Source: Octopus vulgaris
Lineage: Eukaryota
Length of the DNA stretch: 64,000 nt
Assembly: GCA_951406725.2 (NCBI GenBank)
Contig: OX597824.1
Coordinates: 44,516,001 to 44,580,000, forward strand
Direction: 5' to 3'
Positions 37,871 through 51,681 of this stretch are shown here, in pieces. Made by a program: the position numbers and the translations under genes. A model generated the notes under the pieces. That model did not search any database. It was not told the origin of the DNA and worked only from the letters and a program-made list of their open reading frames with translations. Each line of letters opens with the position of its first letter. Within the stretch, counting starts at the first letter, position 1.

Positions 37871-38979
37871 ACCACTTTCACCCACTTTACCACAAATCTA
37901 CTAGAGAGCAGTACCATCTCCTCTTATTGAAACAAAAACAATAATGATTCATTAAGTTTTTGGCTAAGTTTGTAGAGGTGAGACTCAATTAATACCCATG
38001 CATTTTTGATATGTCTTAGAATCTCAATTTGAGAAGTATGAAGGCAAAGATAAATTCATCATGAATTGAACTCATTCTACCATCTCTGTCAATCCACTGC
38101 CATAATGATAATTTCTCAGAAGGCCACAAAGTTAGAAGTAGAAGGCATATAGTTAATAAAAATGATACAAGGTACAGCTGGTACTTATTTCATTAACAAA
38201 GTTCAGATGAAATATAAAGGCAATTTTTGTAGAAACTGAACTCAGAACATACAAGATGCAGACAGTATTCAGTCACAATTACTGTATATGTTTTTGGTAT
38301 GGTTCAAAGGTGATTAGATTGTCATGTCCACATCTAAGGATATTTAAAAAATTTTTGTTTATGCAAACAGTGCATAGCTAACCTGAGATGTTTCTGTTGC
38401 AAGTGAATAAACTATGCCTTTGATTAATAAAGGTTGGTATCAGCTGCATGAGAATTTGTATTGTTAGAAATGATAGTCAGTCGTTACTGTACAGGTGTAA
38501 TATTGAGGCCAAGTTGAAAAGAACTCCATCAATGCATACTACAACAGAACAGATTAACTGATATCTACTGGTTTGATAAATTAGAGATGACCTGAGTCCA
38601 TAAGAAAGCAATTAAATTATAATGTTAGATATGATTGAAGCCAATGACAATATTAATGCTTTTACCAATGTTCTAAAGCTGAAGAAGCACTGATATGTAA
38701 TAGACAGTAAGAGTTTGACAGATCTGGCTCTATGGGAACAGTACTTATGGTAACTGAAGTAATTTAAAGTTTGGACATGTAAGGGTGATTGTTTACAACT
38801 GATCTATTACTTTTGAGATGTTGGAAAGGAAAGGGATTAGAAGGTATGTTAAAGAGGGCATACTTCTTTAGAATGGAACTCACTATGAGTGTAGTTGTTG
38901 TTGTTGATGGTGTTGGTGTTGTTGTCCAAGACATTGGGCCTCACAGAGCAAATGACAAGGGACTGAGACTTCTGGTGGT

Positions 38980-39313
38980 TTGCTGTGCTTGAGAAGACAC
39001 ATCAAGCGAAGTAAAATCATAGTTGTCCTTGCATTCAGGCATGTCCCCTACATCTCCCTTCGACTTAGTGGTCCTAATCTTGCTGGCTCAAGGTTGCTGG
39101 TGCCAAGTACCCATGCTGGTGATACATAACACCTATGCTGGTGCTGCATATAAGCATCTGGTATACTCTGTAAAGTGGTTGGTGTCAGAAAGGGCATCCA
39201 GCTGTAGAAACCATGCCAAAACAGACATAGGGCCCTCTTCAGCTGGCCAGATCCTATCAAACTGTCCAAACCATGTTAGTATGGAAAACAAACATTAAAT
39301 GATGATGATGATG
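38980..39313 (+). mobile_element. RTE 3' end, diverged subfamily
   Basis: gctgtgcttgagaagac (ORF end) ... gtggttggtgtcagaaagggcatccagctgtagaaac ... gatgatgatg. Confidence 0.8.
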
Positions 39314-39518
39314 CAGTCTACAGTATAAAAGATGTGCATTCAACACTATCTAATCCTCTTTCACCATTGATCTCTATCCAGGACAATGTCATCAGCTTCA
39401 CTAAAGATACAATTGCATCTGGTGAGATTGTTGTCAATCTGGTTAGGTCATCAATAACTGTTACTGTGTGGAGTTGGAAATGAAACAGATGGCAAATTTC
39501 AGGCAAAGTGCTACTTAC

Positions 39519-39569
39519 AGAAACATTTTATTTGGGAATTGAGCAGGAGATCTGGAAATCATGCAGTAT
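39519..39569 (-). CDS. Candidate internal exon, 51 nt (YCMISRSPAQFPNKMF)
   Basis: Acceptor gctttcag, donor gtaagt. Open only in phase 2-2 from this acceptor; compatible with 34650-34710. Confidence 0.28.
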
Positions 39570-39960
39570 CTGAAAGCATCTTTACTAATAATACTAATGG
39601 TTTCTTATAAAGGCACAAAGCTGAAATTTAAAGTGGGAAGGATATAATAGATTGCACTAATCCAATATATAACTAGGACGCATTGCATTAATCCTGGATA
39701 CTCTCTTCATGGTTATTGTCTGTGGTAGCAACCAAGTCATGCCCAATTTACACCTGTCACTTTAAAAAGGCGACATTAGATATTGTAGTCCTTGATGCAC
39801 TATGTTATAAGTGGAATGCATCTGATCACAGATCTGCTCAGCCTGAGCTGATCTAGAACCTAACAACAGCAGCAGCCTGAAAGTAGTGCAAAATGAAAGC
39901 AGACCTTTGTATGCATTTAGTTGAATAGCTTTGCAGACTTGGTCATCCCACAACTACTCC

Positions 39961-40180
39961 AATATTGGTTTCAAATTTTGGTATAAGGCCAGCAATTTCA
40001 GGGGAAGGTATAAATCAATTATACCAACCCCAGTGCTCAACTGGTACTTATTTTATCAACCCCTAAAGGATGAAGGGCAAAGACGACCTTGGCGGAATTT
40101 GAACTCAGAACATATAGTCAAACAAAATGCTGCTAAGCATTTTACCTGGTGTGCTAACGATTCTGCCAGTTCGCCACCTT
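39961..40180 (-). mobile_element. SINE family A, full length
   Basis: aatattggtttcaaattttgg ... cccagtgctcaactggtactta ... gctaacgattctgccagttcgccacctt. Confidence 0.9.
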
Positions 40181-40979
40181 ACAATTACACCAATATTAAT
40201 AATTATATCTTTTCACAAAGCACAATATCAATCTTATAGAGGAATAGATAGAAGATAGTCTGTTGAATTAACAAATGTTTGCTGTGAGTATTTATTTTAT
40301 TGACTTCAGAGGAATGAAAGGAGAAGCCTGCTATATTAGGATTTCAATTTGGAAATTAGAGGATTAACACTAAATTCTATAGGGCACTTTCATACTTGTA
40401 GTCATATTACTGGAATTATAACTTGAACTACTGTTTCTACTGCTGGAGAAAAATAAAAACAATTATTATTTCTAACTTTGGCACAAAGCCACTAAGTTGT
40501 AGATGAGAGGTAGTTAATTAAAGTGACCCCTGCCAAAAGAAGAAGAATGTGAAGGAAGAAAAATGTAAGACAAGATGTAGAAGTGGGAATGGAAGGATGA
40601 CAGTGTGGGCAGTTAAGAATAAGAAGAGCAACAGCAATAACAATACTAACAGCAAATTTAATTCTTTTGCAAAAAGGTAAACAGTCCAGTTATTGGTAAA
40701 AATGGACAAATTTATCAGTACTGAGAATGATGTGTCTTGAAATCATACCTCACCCTACCAGCTTGGCAGGATAAAAATAGAAATGATCTTAAAAAATCAA
40801 ATGAATAAATAAAAAATATTTTGGATTTCTGCAACATTCCTGCAAGTATGTAAAGGATTTTCTTTTTTCTTTTCTTTTTTGTTTGCTATTTCTAATGTTA
40901 TCAAATTGCTATTTAACAATCATCAGAAATTTTATGGAGAAGGAAGAAAAAAGAAGAAACAAATTAAAACAGAACTTAC

Positions 40980-41107
40980 ACAGAATACTTATCACATGAA
41001 AGATAAAATATAAACATTTCTGAAGACAAATGAGATAATTCAAGAGTGAAGTTGTTGTCGCAATATAAACAAGAAAATTCAGTGCTGAATCTTTTACTCT
41101 CAGTCAC
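40980..41107 (-). CDS. Candidate exon ending ...MFIFYLSCDKYS (acceptor at 41107 or 41019)
   Basis: Donor gtaagt at 40979-40974. Frame open for 42 codons, ends in phase 2. Acceptor choice is ambiguous. Confidence 0.22.
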
Positions 41108-41453
41108 CTAAATACTTCTAAAAAAAACAGATAAGTTCCAGCATCAATAGCCTGCAGCATAGCAGGGATATGTGTGCATGCATGTGTGTGTGTGTGTGTG
41201 TATATATATACACACACACACATACATGTGTATGTGTGTGTCTTTATGTTTGTCTTCCCAATGCTTGACAACCAGTGTTGGTTTGTTTACATCCCAATGA
41301 CTTAGTGATTTGGCAAAACAGACTGATAGAATAAGTACCAGATTTTAAAAATATGTAAGTACAGGGGTTAATTTGTTTGACTAAACCTTTCAAGGCAGTG
41401 CCCTAACATGGCCACAATCCAATGACTGAAAAGGTAAAAGCTAAAAGATATAT

Positions 41454-41754
41454 CACCGTGACCAACCAGGTTATCAGATGTTGTTACACATCGCTGGTCA
41501 CAATGCACTTCGCATTGTTTTAGCCTTCAAATGACGCCACCCCGCTGGCTAAGTGAGCAGGCCAACAGAAGAAAGAGTGAGAGAAAGTTGTGGTGTAAGA
41601 GTACAGCAGGGATCGCCACCACCCTTGCAGGAGCCTCGTAGAGCTTTAGGTGTTTTCGCTCAATAAACACTCACAACACCCGGTCTGGGAATCGAAACCG
41701 CGTTCCTACGACCGTGAGTCCGCTGCCCTGACCACTGGGCCATTGCGCCTCCAC
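41454..41754 (-). mobile_element. tRNA-derived SINE, family D, full length with TSD
   Basis: Minus-strand head ggaggcgcaatggcccagtggtcagggc ... ggtttcgattccc (A and B boxes). Direct repeat aaaagatatat at 41443-41453 and 41755-41765. Inserted at the tail of a family B fragment (about 41225-41450). Confidence 0.9.
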
Positions 41755-41781
41755 AAAAGATATATATATATATATATACAT

Positions 41782-42634
41782 AACGTTGATCAATAAGTAT
41801 CCAAACTGTTTCTATAATAATGAAGTTAAAGTGCGAAGTGTGAAGCTGTTTAGCACAGATTGACCTTGAACTTTGCTGTACTCGGTTTTAATATTATAAC
41901 TCACTTCCACAGTTTACAGTAGTGCTTGGAAGTAACGTGTGTAGTATGCGTTCATCACACTGACCAGTACAGAGAAATTTGAACAGAGAATCTGCATCAA
42001 ATTTTGCCAAAAGCTTGGTGATACCTGCTCAGAGGCCTACACAAAGTTTTCTAAAAGTTTTCATCATTCTTGACACCATCAAGGAGATTTTGTGCAACTG
42101 AAACCCAAAAATCCTTTTGGTCAGCTGAAAGCATTTGTGGCACAAACTTGGCAGACATGCATCTCATACCCAAATCTTCAATGATAATGGACTGAACTGA
42201 ACTGTAACTAATCTATACATCCTCTGATAACTCACGGGTAGTGATTCAACAATTTTCCCTCACAGCTACATTCACATCTGCAATGTTTTTCTCAATTCTG
42301 CTTGTTGCAGGTCTCTCAGAACGTTTGTCACTATTGACATTTTTTGGGCCATTTTGGAAACGTCTGTACCACTCATACACTTGTGTGCAATTTTGTGTCG
42401 GCCTCTGAGCAGGTATCACCATGATAACTTTCTCTGTCATGGTCAATATGACAATCACACGTTACACATGTTATTTCGAAGCACTGCTATAAACAGTGAA
42501 TGTAAGCTAGAATGTTAAAACTTAGTGCACATACACAGCAGAGGTCAAGGTCAATCTGTGCTAAACAGCTTCATTCTGCATGCTTTAGCTTTGTTACTAT
42601 GGCAACAGTCCGGATACTTATTGATTAGATCTCG
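41782..42634. mobile_element. Rearranged mariner derivative with two inverted 5' ends
   Basis: About 41782-41980 and about 42425-42634 are inverted copies. The left arm reads TEKFEQRICIKFCQKLG on +. The HTH continuation VYEWYRRFQNG...RSERP reads on -. Confidence 0.82.
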
Positions 42635-42924
42635 AACACACATATATATTCATTCTTTTACTTCTGTTTTTCTATGCTAACATGGATTTGATAAATACAT
42701 ATTACTGATGTACTATTTTTTACACCTGGATGCCCTTCCTATCACAAACCCTCACCCATTTTTAAAGTAAGAGGTTTCTATTCCATTTATTTTCAAAAGG
42801 ACAGATACTGAACAATTTGTTGACAAGGACATGTGGACAATGTCACTCCCTGCGGATGTAAGCATTCATGCAAACACACACATACATGTGCACTCAAGTA
42901 CACACCTAGACATACATACATACT

Positions 42925-45900
42925 ATCATCATCATTTAATAACCATGTTCCATGCTGGCATGGGTTGGACAGTTTGACAGGATCTGATGGGCCCAAAGAA
43001 TGCATTGTGCTCCATTGTATATATTAACATGGTTTCTACAGGTAGATGCTCTTTCTGATGCCAACTACTTTATAGTATGTACTGGATGCTTTTTTGTGCC
43101 ACTAACACTACTGAAGTCACCATGTAGCTTGCAAAACTATGAACTCCAAGAGAGGTGGCTTTAAGCTAGGAGATAAAGAATTCAAATATGAGAGAAGGGT
43201 GCAGAGCAGAACATGTTTCTTACTTTAGAGGGACCACATGGTAACACACATTTTAGAAGAGCAGATGAGAATGATTTAAGTGGCATGGGGAAGAGATAAG
43301 ATAGTGGTGACGAGGCATCTGTGGACTCTCAAAGTATGAGATAAGCAGCAGTAAATGGTGGTAGTGAACCATGAGTGTGGGTTGGTAGAGGTATCAAGAT
43401 TGTATGAAAGAGTGACAAATGGTTAGAGATGAGGAATGGAGGAGAGAGTGAATATAATGTTGAGTGGATGACAAATAGTGGAGGTAGGGAAGAGTAGGTG
43501 ACAACTGTAAAGATTGGATAAGGTTGAGGAGTAGATGTAGTGAATGGTGGATGAGTGGTAAAGAGAGACCAATGGTGCATCAGGTTGAAGTGTAGCAGAA
43601 TGCTAATGATAATACAGGAGACAAGTGAAGGATGGGAGAGGGAGAGAAAGAGATGAAAAGTGGTTGGGGAAGTTTCAAGAGTGTGGTGGGGAGAAGAAGG
43701 CATAGTGCATGGGTAGAGTGAGAGATGTATGGTGATGGAGAAGGTGAAATGATTTGGTAGCTCAAGGAGAAGGTTAATATAAAATGTAGGTAGAGAGAAC
43801 AGTATTAAGGATGAGGGATGGATATCAAGTGAAATGGTTCTGGGTAGTGAGAAAGATTAGTGATATCAAGGAAAAGTTATACTTAGAGAGATGATGGGTG
43901 GTGGGAGTGTATTGGTGAGGAAACTGAGCCAAGGGCCCAGTTACAAACACACACAATGCTTCCAGGATCCTGGTCTCTTATCATTTCCTCTATGAAGTTC
44001 AAGGTCTTGAGATCAGCTTTCATCACTTCATCCTGTGTCTTCCTGGGTTAACCTCTTCTGCAAGTTCTATCCACACCAAATGATTGGCACTTCTTTATAC
44101 AGCTATCTCCACCTATATGTGACACATCACCATACCAACAGTCTTCTTTCTTGCAAACATCTGATTTCCCTTCTGTTCAGTTTTTCTCTCAGCACATTTG
44201 TACTACATCATTCATGCACACCCACACTGCACATCCAATGGAGCATCCCATTTAATTTCTTTCTAGCCTTTTCAAGTCATCTGCATTCAAGGTCCATGCC
44301 TCACTACCATGCAGCATTGTAGTTCTGACATAAGTATCATACAATCTGCCCTTCACTCTGAGGGGGGAAAAGAAATCTTGTTTCCAGAAGCCATAAAAGC
44401 TCCCTAAACTCTTTCCTTCTTGTTCTTACTCCGGTTAGTACACTTTCAGGGCAACCATCTCCATTGCTAATTACATCTTTTAGATAACAAAAGCTATCAA
44501 TTACTTACTGCTACTGAACCATCCAAGCATTTACAAGAATCTACTTCTGGTGTGCTCCTAATAATTACTGCACCAGCACATCTGTCACATAAGAAGCTTA
44601 CTTTTTCTTTTAGTTTTTCTGTGATTCCACTCTGTCTAAAACCTCTGTCTTTGCTAAGTTTACTTTCAGGTGTTTTGATTCTAAGTTTAGCTTCCATACC
44701 TAGAATTCCCTCTTTAATTCTATAAGAGATTCAGCTATGAGAACAAGATCTTCAGCATATAGGAGATCTCTTGGATAAGCAGTTTTAAACTTCTCTGTAA
44801 TGGCCTGTACAGTTATGATGAATAGGAGGGGACTGGGAACTGAAACTTGATGAACTCCTACTGTCATTAAATTTGTTACTGAAATCATTGCTGACTTGCA
44901 AGTTACTTGCTGCACCTTTGTACATAACTTGTACAGCCCTTGCAAGCCATTTGTCTACACATAGTTTCCTCAGTGATGACCAAATAACGGAATGTGGTCT
45001 CCTGTCAAATACTTTTTCCAAATCAATGAAAACCAGGAATAGTGGATTATTCTTAACTTAGTACTTCTCCTGCAGTTGCCTCACTAAGGTTGCATCTGTG
45101 ATACTTCTTCTAGGTACAAAGCCAAACTGCATTACATCTAGGTCTATTATGTCATGGGTTATTTGTACCATGACTCTTCGTGAACTTCATAAACTGATCC
45201 AGTAGCTTGATTCTTCTATAGATGCTATTATCTAAGGCAGCTCCTTTGCATTTGTAGCAGTTTACAATGATACTAATACGCCAGTCATTGGGTTTGACAC
45301 CTTCCACTCGATTCACTATCCAAGTGGTGATCATGTATCCTACCTCACCAGATAATGTGAACATCTTGGCAACTATCACTCATGGTCCTGTAGCTTTCTA
45401 TCTTTTCAGGTCTTCAAATGCTTTATCTATCAAGTTGCTATCAACTTGAATTGCTGGTCCTTCTGCATGACTAGCATGAAGTATCCTACTTTATCCCATG
45501 AATTCTCCATGTTCAGCAGCCTTTCATAATAACACTTCCACACCACTTACTTGTCTTTCACATCTATGGCAAGTTTGCCTTCCTCATTCTGAATACACTT
45601 CTTGCCAATGATGTTTCATATCTCTCTTACACATTATCTAACAATCCTGAACACTTCATGCCTCTGATCTTTACCTTGCAGGACATGTGAAAATCTATTC
45701 CTTTCTGCCTCACTCCAAACCAAATATACTAGCCACCTTAAATCTTTCTCTTAGCCTTTACTGCCCTATCAACTATCATTCCACCACCACATTACATAGG
45801 GTTTGGCTGGGACTTTGCCCCAGCTGCATGCCAGATATATAGCACTAAGCAGGTTATTTTGTAAAAATTCTCAGTTGTAATCTTTGCTGCAGGTATCTAG

Positions 45901-46200
45901 ATATTTCTCCTTACAACGATATATCTCAATTGGAATTTCTCTAAACCTACTCCATTGTAGGATCTTTTAGCTTCCATATTTTCCTTCTTCATACCATTTT
46001 TGTTTCTGCATACACCTACCTTTGACTCTGATGTTACTAGCCATTAATCTATGTTGTGTAGTGCATTCTTCACTAGGGCAGTGGTATTTACACAAGTCCT
46101 TCTATCTCATATTCTGGTGAGAATGTAATCTGGCTTGTGTTTTTGGCAGATTGGTAGGTAATGAGGTGATTGGTAGATTTGTTAGTGTGTGTTGCAAATT
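42925..46200 (-). mobile_element. Degenerate RTE-clade LINE (older subfamily) with long 3' UTR
   Basis: Minus-strand RT remnants PNDWRISIIVNCYKCKG, RRIKLLDQFMK, EKVFD, VGVHQVSVPSPLLFII, LLYAEDLVLIAES. 3' end catcatcatttaa...ttccatgctggcatggg at about 42925. Confidence 0.85.
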
Positions 46201-47673
46201 GTTGCTCAAGAACACAATGTATTGCTGGTCTGGGAATTAAAAGCATGTTCTTGCAACCATGAGAGCAACAGCCTAATCACTAGGCCATGCACCTTCACAC
46301 ACATACACATGTGTGTGTGAGTATAACCAGATACATAGATATAGACATATAAACAGGCTTTATGCAGTTTCTATGAACTAAGTTGCTCATAAAGTATTGG
46401 TTGGTCCAGGGTTATAATAGAAGACACATTTCCAAGGTGTACCATGTGATAGGATTAAACACAAAACCTTGTGGTTGTGAAGCAAATTTCTTAACCACAC
46501 AGCTGTGTGAGTGTGTGTGTGTGTACATATATGGTAAGTAAAGAGGGATTAGTGGAATCCAGGGCATTACTTCAGTCAGTAATCATACAAACTCCTGGCT
46601 AACAGGATGTGCAGAAAGGAAGAAAATTTAGTAAATCCATAGTATTCTATGCAAACTGAAAATCTGGGAATTCTCATCAATCACAGAGTATAACAGAAAA
46701 CAAGTAGAGGAATGAAGATAGTGGTATCACATTTATTATCCAGTTACGATTGTTTCAATAACATATGGGGTAGATGAACCATTTAATATGCTGGAACAAA
46801 TATAAATAATGGTTATGCAACTTCATGCAATATTAAATAAAACCCAACCTGTCATTTCATCAAAACCTTTGAGCAATGCAATACACTTGTACATGGGTAG
46901 TCACGGTTGTAAATACAATCAGTAGGGTGTGCTTATGTCATAGCGAGAAAGAGGCCATACTGACATGCCTAAAGGAAAATACCATGTACAGCAGACAGAA
47001 AGACATGTCTATTACTAGATAAAATAGATTGTGAGTATTCCACAGGTACATGTGTTCTTAACGTAATATTGAGGAAGAATCAGCGATGCAGCAAGTGACA
47101 AGCCTATTACAGATACAATGCATCCAATGGGGTTTCATGGTTTTCATCTACCCAGCTTCACTTATAAAAGATAGGATGCCTTGCAGTGAGCACAAATGCA
47201 GGATCCCATGGTTACAAAGCAAACCAATCGGTAATTCCTTCATCTACACACACACACACAAATACACGTAATACTCACAAGCCTTCAAATGTGGACACAT
47301 ACCTACATATAGGATATACACGTATTGGCATACACGTATATATAAAAATAAAAAGAGGAGCGTGTACACACACAGACAGCAAAGCTATTACTAATATGAC
47401 AATTAGTAAAATGTAAAATATAGTTGTTATCGAAGTGAAACAACAAGTCAGACGTGTGTGCACTGCACCTTGAAACTGTTATCATTCTGCAAATGTAGTA
47501 CAACAGACGTCATGAAACCAAGCAGGATAAATGGTAAATAAGAAGAGCAGCATGGCACAAGATATATATATATATATGTATATAGTTGCACTAAGAACAC
47601 TGAACATGCACACTGCCCCCACCATTTTCTCTTTTATCTCTCCCACTGTCTCTTTTTCTTTCTCTTTCTTTTA

Positions 47674-48873
47674 TTGGGTTGGCAACTAAGTTCCCGCTGT
47701 TTTTTTAAATTTTGGAATCTATTTTTTTCGAGAATTCTATTTTTGAATCATTTTGGAATCTATTTTGTTTTTTTTTTCTAGTTAATTTTTGTTAACTTTT
47801 GTTTATTTTTAAATCATTAAAATGGAATGCCAAGTTAAGAAAAATGAGCATTTTCAACACCTCCTTCTTTTTGCTTTTAATCAAAGTTCTAAGGCTGCAA
47901 AAGCTGCTCGCGACATTTGTGCTATGTATGGAGAGGGTGCCATAGCTGAAAGAACCACTTGTGATTGGTATGCCAAGTTCAAAAATGGAAATTTTGACCC
48001 CAAAGACGCACCACATTCTGGCCGTCCAGTTGAGTTTGATGAAGAGCAATTAAACCAACTTTTGCATGAAAATTCTCGTCAAATGACAAGGGAACTGGCA
48101 GAGAAAATGGAATGCTCCCAAACTGCTATAGAGAAGCATCTTCACTCGATGGGAAAGGTTCAGAAGTATGGAGCATGGGTTCTGCATGCTTTAAGTGACA
48201 ACAACAAAAATCAATGAGCCACAATCTCTGCTGGTTTGCTTGCACGTCACTGCTCAACTCATGAACACAAGCAATGATTTCTTTACCAAATCGTTACTGG
48301 TGACAAAAAATGATGCCTGTACATCAATATGAAGCAGTGTAAGGAATGGCTTAGTCCTGGTAAACAAGCAATACTGCGTGTAAAACAAAACCTTCATCTG
48401 CATAAAACAATGTTGTGCGTTTGGTGGGACTGGGAAGGGATTAACCATTATGAATTGCTTGAACAGAACCAAATGGTCAATGCGGAACTCTATGTTCAAC
48501 AGATGGAACGACTCAACATGGCTATTTAAGAGAAAAGACCTAATCGGCAGCATGAAGTTCTTCTGCTGCACAACAACTCTCGCCCTCATATCGCCAATAT
48601 GACCAAGGAAGCCATTCAAACACATGGTTGGGAATGCTATGAACAGAGTTTCATTCAATACTGATGCAGAATTGAGAGCTTGGTTAGATCAATTTTTCGA
48701 GTTGAAATTAGGTGTTTTCTACCAACGAGGTATTGAAAATCTTGTTGAACATTGGGTAGAAGTTGTAAACAACAAGTGTGAATACATTATTGATTAATTA
48801 GTTGTTATTTTTTGTTAAACCTTTTACAAAATTTGAATTTAAAAAAAAGGCAGGAAGTTAGTTGCCAACCCAA
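47674..48873 (+). mobile_element. Mariner transposon, near full length, defective
   Basis: TIRs ttgggttggcaactaa / ttagttgccaacccaa with TA on both sides. Confidence 0.95.
47822..48797 (+). pseudogene. Mariner transposase pseudogene
   Basis: HTH (WYAKFKNGNFD..D.PHSGRP), WVLHAL, IVTGDKK, KTMLCVWWD, LLHNNSRPH and terminal EYIID*. Internal stops; the YSPDLAP segment is deleted. Confidence 0.92.
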
Positions 48874-49944
48874 TATATTTGTTACCGGTCTTTCCTCTTT
48901 CTGTTTTCTTTCTCGGAAAAGCAACTGCTCATTTTCTATTTTAAATCTTTCCATACTGTCCTTTTCACTTTCTTCTCTTTGACCCTCTCTCCTTCACATG
49001 CAAACACCCACCACCACAAGTCATCATGTGTAATATTACAGCTGTCAGTTAAACAGGTTATATTTCATATACAGTACAGCTGGATGGGTGTGTTTTTCAA
49101 AGTACAAGTGAACCTATGTGTATACAAAAAGGGTGTAACAGAATAGGCAAAATGGTCGAGTGGCTAAGATATTACCGGACAAGTAATGTGTAAAAAAAGT
49201 AAACGCAAGCGCTGAAATTATGATTCTTTCTGGGGTGCCTAAACTTTATGTACTATTCCCCTAAGTAATTAAATTAAAAGGTTTAATATTTAGCAGCTTT
49301 TGAGATTTCCTTTATCCTTTCTGAGGGAAATCACTCTGGGTATCATTCACTGAAAATTCCCTTAGGATCTACACATCTAAATGTATTAGTGTCGTAAGAC
49401 TCTGTCTAAGACATGTGAGTGCTAACTATACTTCATTTTCAATGTTAGAATTTTTCATGGGACGGGGCAGTGAGGATAGAGAAGAGGACAGACAAATAAC
49501 CAAGAAAATCATAATGGTTTCAGACTTCTTAAACTTGTCCAACACTGAAAAAGAAAACTATTGTAAGAGTTTTTGTGTAGTTTGTGATTATTGCAATATC
49601 ATGGAGTAGGGTTGTATGGAGTATGTATGTATGTGTGCATGCAATAACTTAGCATTGTCAAGTGAGGCTGAGTTGAAATTGCATATGGACAAGTACAGGT
49701 GATGCTATCTGTGCACAGAAATAAATGTGCATAATTGACCTTGACTGCAAGTAGGTCATTAAAGTTGTGAGGGAAAGATGTGGGAGAAACAATTAAGTCT
49801 TGTGATGCACCCAAATTAAAATTTACAACCACATAAGCATTAAGGACTACAATCATGTGCCAAAGGATCTCAGGCACTGATGATTTACCAGCCTCTCCAC
49901 ATCTAGAGTAGAGAGAATGAAGAACTGTTTCTGCACATATATTT

Positions 49945-50560
49945 ATCATCATCATCATCATCGTTTAACGTTCGTTTTCCGTGCTAGCACGGGTTGGATG
50001 GTTCGACCGGGATCTGGGAAGCCAGGAGGCTGTACCAGGCTCCAGTCTGATCTGGCAGTGTTTCTACAGCTGGATGCCCTTCCTAATGCCAACCACTCCT
50101 TGAGTGCAGTGGGTACTTTTTACGTGCCACCGGCACAGGTGCCAGGGGAGGCTGGCAGCGGCCACAATCGGTTGGTGCTTTTTACATGCCACCGGCAGAG
50201 AAGCCAGTCAAGGCAGAGCTGGCACAGGTATCACAACTACAATTTCCATTTGATATTTATTTTGATGTTGATGTACTTGACTCAATAGGTCTCCTCAAGC
50301 ACAGCAGGTCACCCTACAATCCAAGGTAAGCACAGCAGGTCGTTCTGCAATCCAAGGTACTTTGGATGGGCTGGGGCTATGTGAAACTGGCGTAGGAAAC
50401 AGCCATGAATTCACATTATTTGTCGGATTTTAGCAGTCACAGCATATCTCCAAAGATCTTGGTCTTTTGACATTGCCTCTGTGAGGCCCAACGTTCGAAG
50501 GTAATGCTTGACCACCTCATCCCATGTCTTCCTGGGTTTACCTCTCCCTCCGGATACCTT
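49945..50560 (-). mobile_element. 5'-truncated RTE LINE (ORF end plus 3' UTR)
   Basis: Family C terminus at 49945, UTR modules, and ORF end GRGKPRKTWDEVVKH at about 50500-50552. Confidence 0.9.
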
Positions 50561-50562
50561 CA

Positions 50563-50602
<40 letters not shown>

Positions 50603-50789
50603 GCATATGTATATGGATACGTATAGTGATTTACTGAACGCTAATTAATATTGTTTGAAGAAACGTTATATGATATAACGTCAGAAGTAGCCTATAGAAA
50701 GAGGAGGGATATTTTTAGTGAATGTTAAATATAAAAGAAAGTTAATGTTTAAATTATATATAATGATAGATATTACTTATATGAACTAA

Positions 50790-51195
50790 AAGTGTGTTTT
50801 TGCCAATGTTTACATCAGAATGCATGCTCTATAACCGTGTTTACTAGGGAGTTTTAGAAAGAATAATGAAAAAAGTTCAGAATTACAGAGAAGATACAAT
50901 TCCTTGCCTTTGTCATAAGGTATCAAGATTGAGAGAATCAACCATTCTAAATTAAATTGTTCATTGTGGTCTTTTAGATCCCAAATTAATTTACTGAGCC
51001 CAGTACTGTTACGTTTATTCCTATCCCTAAATGTTGAGTAATGAATAAAAATTCTTTTAGATAACTCTAACGATGTGCTTCCAATGTAAAATCGTACTTT
51101 ATTATGAGTATTGATTATACACTGGTATATAGAATTTTTAATTTTAGAGTTACTTGACATAAACTTAATTCTGTTGGAATTTACTTCAGATACAA
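50790..51195 (-). mobile_element. Penelope-like GIY-YIG endonuclease fragment
   Basis: ORF 50810-51202: IYQC...FYIGST...KRIFIHYSTF...STGLSKLIWDLK...WLIL...LCNSE. Confidence 0.82.
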
Positions 51196-51213
51196 TACAC
51201 ATATATATATATG

Positions 51214-51281
<68 letters not shown>

Positions 51282-51314
51282 GTATATAATTATATATATA
51301 TATATATATATATG

Positions 51315-51370
<56 letters not shown>

Positions 51371-51586
51371 ATAATTATATATGTATACATATAAACATAA
51401 ATATGTATATACATACATATATATATGATGCATATATTATATATATACATATGTATATACACACATATATATATACGTATATACATACATACACACATAC
51501 ATATATATACGTATATACATACATACATACGCACACACACACACATACATACATCTAGACATACACATATATATATATATATATAG
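51196..51586. repeat. Compound (TA)n/(CA)n microsatellite, followed by a short RTE 3' tip (51587-51642)
   Basis: Directly visible. Confidence 0.95.
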
Positions 51587-51639
51587 TCCAATCCATGCTA
51601 GCATGGAAAGCGGACGTTAAACAATGATGATGATGATGA

Positions 51640-51681
<42 letters not shown>

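Noticed and set aside
39318-39506. 62-aa ORF or exon
   Set aside because: Contains a frameshifted ADDIVL and a VIDDLTR block, so it is more likely a decayed RT fragment.
41670-41754. tRNA gene
   Set aside because: A and B boxes are present but continue into a SINE body flanked by a TSD. The same applies to the heads of families A and B.
43329-43765. Pro/Ser/Leu/His-rich ORFs
   Set aside because: Low-complexity purine/pyrimidine-skewed region within the 3' UTR of the old RTE copy.
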